Below the pieces are notes generated by a model. The model searched no databases. It saw only the letters and a program-made list of their open reading frames with translations, and was not told where the DNA came from. Shown here in pieces: positions 62,706 to 64,000 of a stretch of DNA of 64,000 bases. Where the stretch lies: the NCBI RefSeq assembly GCF_963921235.1, contig NC_086109.1:16370001-16434000 (forward strand), written 5' to 3'. Numbering within the stretch: position 1 is the stretch's first letter; each line of letters starts with the position of its first letter. Made by a program: the position numbers and the translations under genes. Source of the stretch: Mobula hypostoma. Taxonomy: Eukaryota.

Positions 62706-63094
62706 GACACCGGGCCGTGAGCGCCGAGACACCCGGCCGAGGTCGAGCCGACACTGGGTCGTGAGCGCCCAGACACCCGGCCGAGGTCGAGCCGACACCG
62801 GGTCGTGAGTGCTGAGACTCCCGTCCGAGGTCGAGCCGACACCGGGTCGTGAGTGCTGAGACTCCCGTCCGAGGTCGAGCCGACACCGGGTCGTGAGTGC
62901 TGAGACTCCCGTCCGAGGTCGAGCCGACACCGGGTCGTGAGTGCTGAGACTCCCGTCCGAGGTCGAGCCGACACTGGGTCGTGAGCGCCCAGACACCCGG
63001 CCGAGGTCGAGCCAACACCGGGTCGTGAGCGCCCAGACACCCGGCCGAGGTCGAGCCGACACCGGGTCGTGAGTGCTGAGACTCCCGTCCGAGG
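62706..63094. repeat. 44-bp CpG-rich tandem repeat, ~8.9 copies, two unit variants
   Basis: Unit gacaccgggtcgtgagtgctgagactcccgtccgaggtcgagcc and variant ...gcgcccagacacccggcc... Confidence 0.95.
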
Positions 63095-63289
63095 CCGCCG
63101 AACTGACACTGGACCTATTATACAGGTATAAGGCGAGGCGCCGGAGGGGGCGAGGCCCGAGGCCTGGAACTGGCCTGCCGCTCGTTGCGACCGCTGCCAC
63201 CCGCCCCCGCCCCCGCCGCCTGGTACGGTCGGGAGCAGCTGCAGGACCCGGCGAAGGTGGAGCAACTAGCGGGCGAAAATAAGTGAGGG

Positions 63290-64000
63290 GGTGGTGTCAT
63301 TACCACACCACTAGGTGATCATCCCAACGGCGGAGCAGGCGGAAGAGGAGACATCTCCCAACGGCTGCAAAGGCGGATGAGGATGTCCAACAATGGGTAG
63401 GGAGGCCTGCGAGCATGCCACAAGAACTGCCGTAGACCCACAACACTCAGGGCTTGTCTGCCTAGCGTGTGTTGCCTGGATTCGGTGGACTGCGCGGAAG
63501 AAACCATCATTGGTTCAACGGGCAGAAAGGCGATTCTCAGCAATGCGTCGTGGAGCGCTAAGAGGGCACAGTGAGACACACAGAACACTGCTGGCCATCC
63601 ACTGCATCCTGACCTATCTCCAGCCGTCTCGACTATGTCTTGCCACTGGGTCCAGATAGGCCGGGACGAGAGAGTGAGGCTGACGACCTGCACAACTCTC
63701 CTTCACTTTAATCCAAGTCAAGCGCAAGTCATGACTTCAAACCCAACGCGGAAGAAAGTGATGGTGCTCAACCTTGGCACATGGAACGTGAGAACTCTGC
63801 GAGATAACATCAAGGCAGACAGACCAGAGAGAAGAACTGCACTGGTTGCAAAAGAGCTAGCTGGCTACAACGTGGACATAGCAGCTCTCAGCGAAACACG
63901 CCTAGCAGACAAGGGCCAGCTGACAGAACGTAGTGGTGGATACACGTTCTTCTGGAGCGGTCGCAGCAGCGCTGAACGACAAGAAGCAGGCGTGGGATTT
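63290..64000 (+). mobile_element. 5' end of an apparently young RTE-clade LINE (5' boundary uncertain)
   Basis: CpG-retaining putative 5' UTR followed by an APE ORF. Confidence 0.75.
63731..64000 (+). CDS. RTE-clade LINE ORF N-terminus, APE-like endonuclease (runs off the window end)
   Basis: MTSNPTRKKVMVLNLGTWNVRTLRDNIKADRPERRTALVAKELAGYNVDIAALSETRLADKGQLTERSGGYTFFWSGRSSAERQEAGVGF; no stop in 90 codons. Confidence 0.9.
   Translation, partial: MTSNPTRKKVMVLNLGTWNVRTLRDNIKADRPERRTALVAKELAGYNVDIAALSETRLADKGQLTERSGGYTFFWSGRSSAERQEAGVGF

Noticed and set aside
62706..63094. CRISPR-like array
   Set aside because: Units are contiguous with no unique spacers, the context is eukaryotic and there are no cas genes. 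It is a minisatellite, and ORFs 62674-63265 are by-products of the repeat.
63120..63730. HDV-like ribozyme at the RTE 5' end
   Set aside because: A GGCGAA motif and a possible P2 helix exist, but I could not build the P1/P3 nested pseudoknot by eye. A descriptor-based search is needed.

Overview
Eukaryotic, repeat-dominated genomic DNA, most likely from a cartilaginous fish (shark/ray). This is inferred from abundant HE1-type V-SINEs, HER1/CR1 LINEs and a Deu-domain SINE. No intact host protein-coding gene is visible. The window looks like intronic or intergenic DNA, with one candidate 24-nt microexon (27721-27744), a CpG-rich candidate promoter and first exon (~46060-46516) and several CNE-like blocks. 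Mobile elements include Neptune-type Penelope-like elements (PLEs; RT + GIY-YIG), CR1, Rex1/Babar, RTE and HERO LINEs, a solo LTR, a Tc1 deletion derivative and hAT MITEs. The most striking system is PLE-derived. The pLTR carries a minimal type I hammerhead ribozyme (CUGAnGA...GAAACGUC), and young insertions recur as asymmetric palindromes with 12-15 bp target-site duplications and a ~27-48 nt unpaired 3' tail. They range from 2.3 kb down to ~170-220 bp non-coding mini-hairpins whose inversion points cluster at the ribozyme. All family assignments come from recognising motifs by eye, not from database searches.
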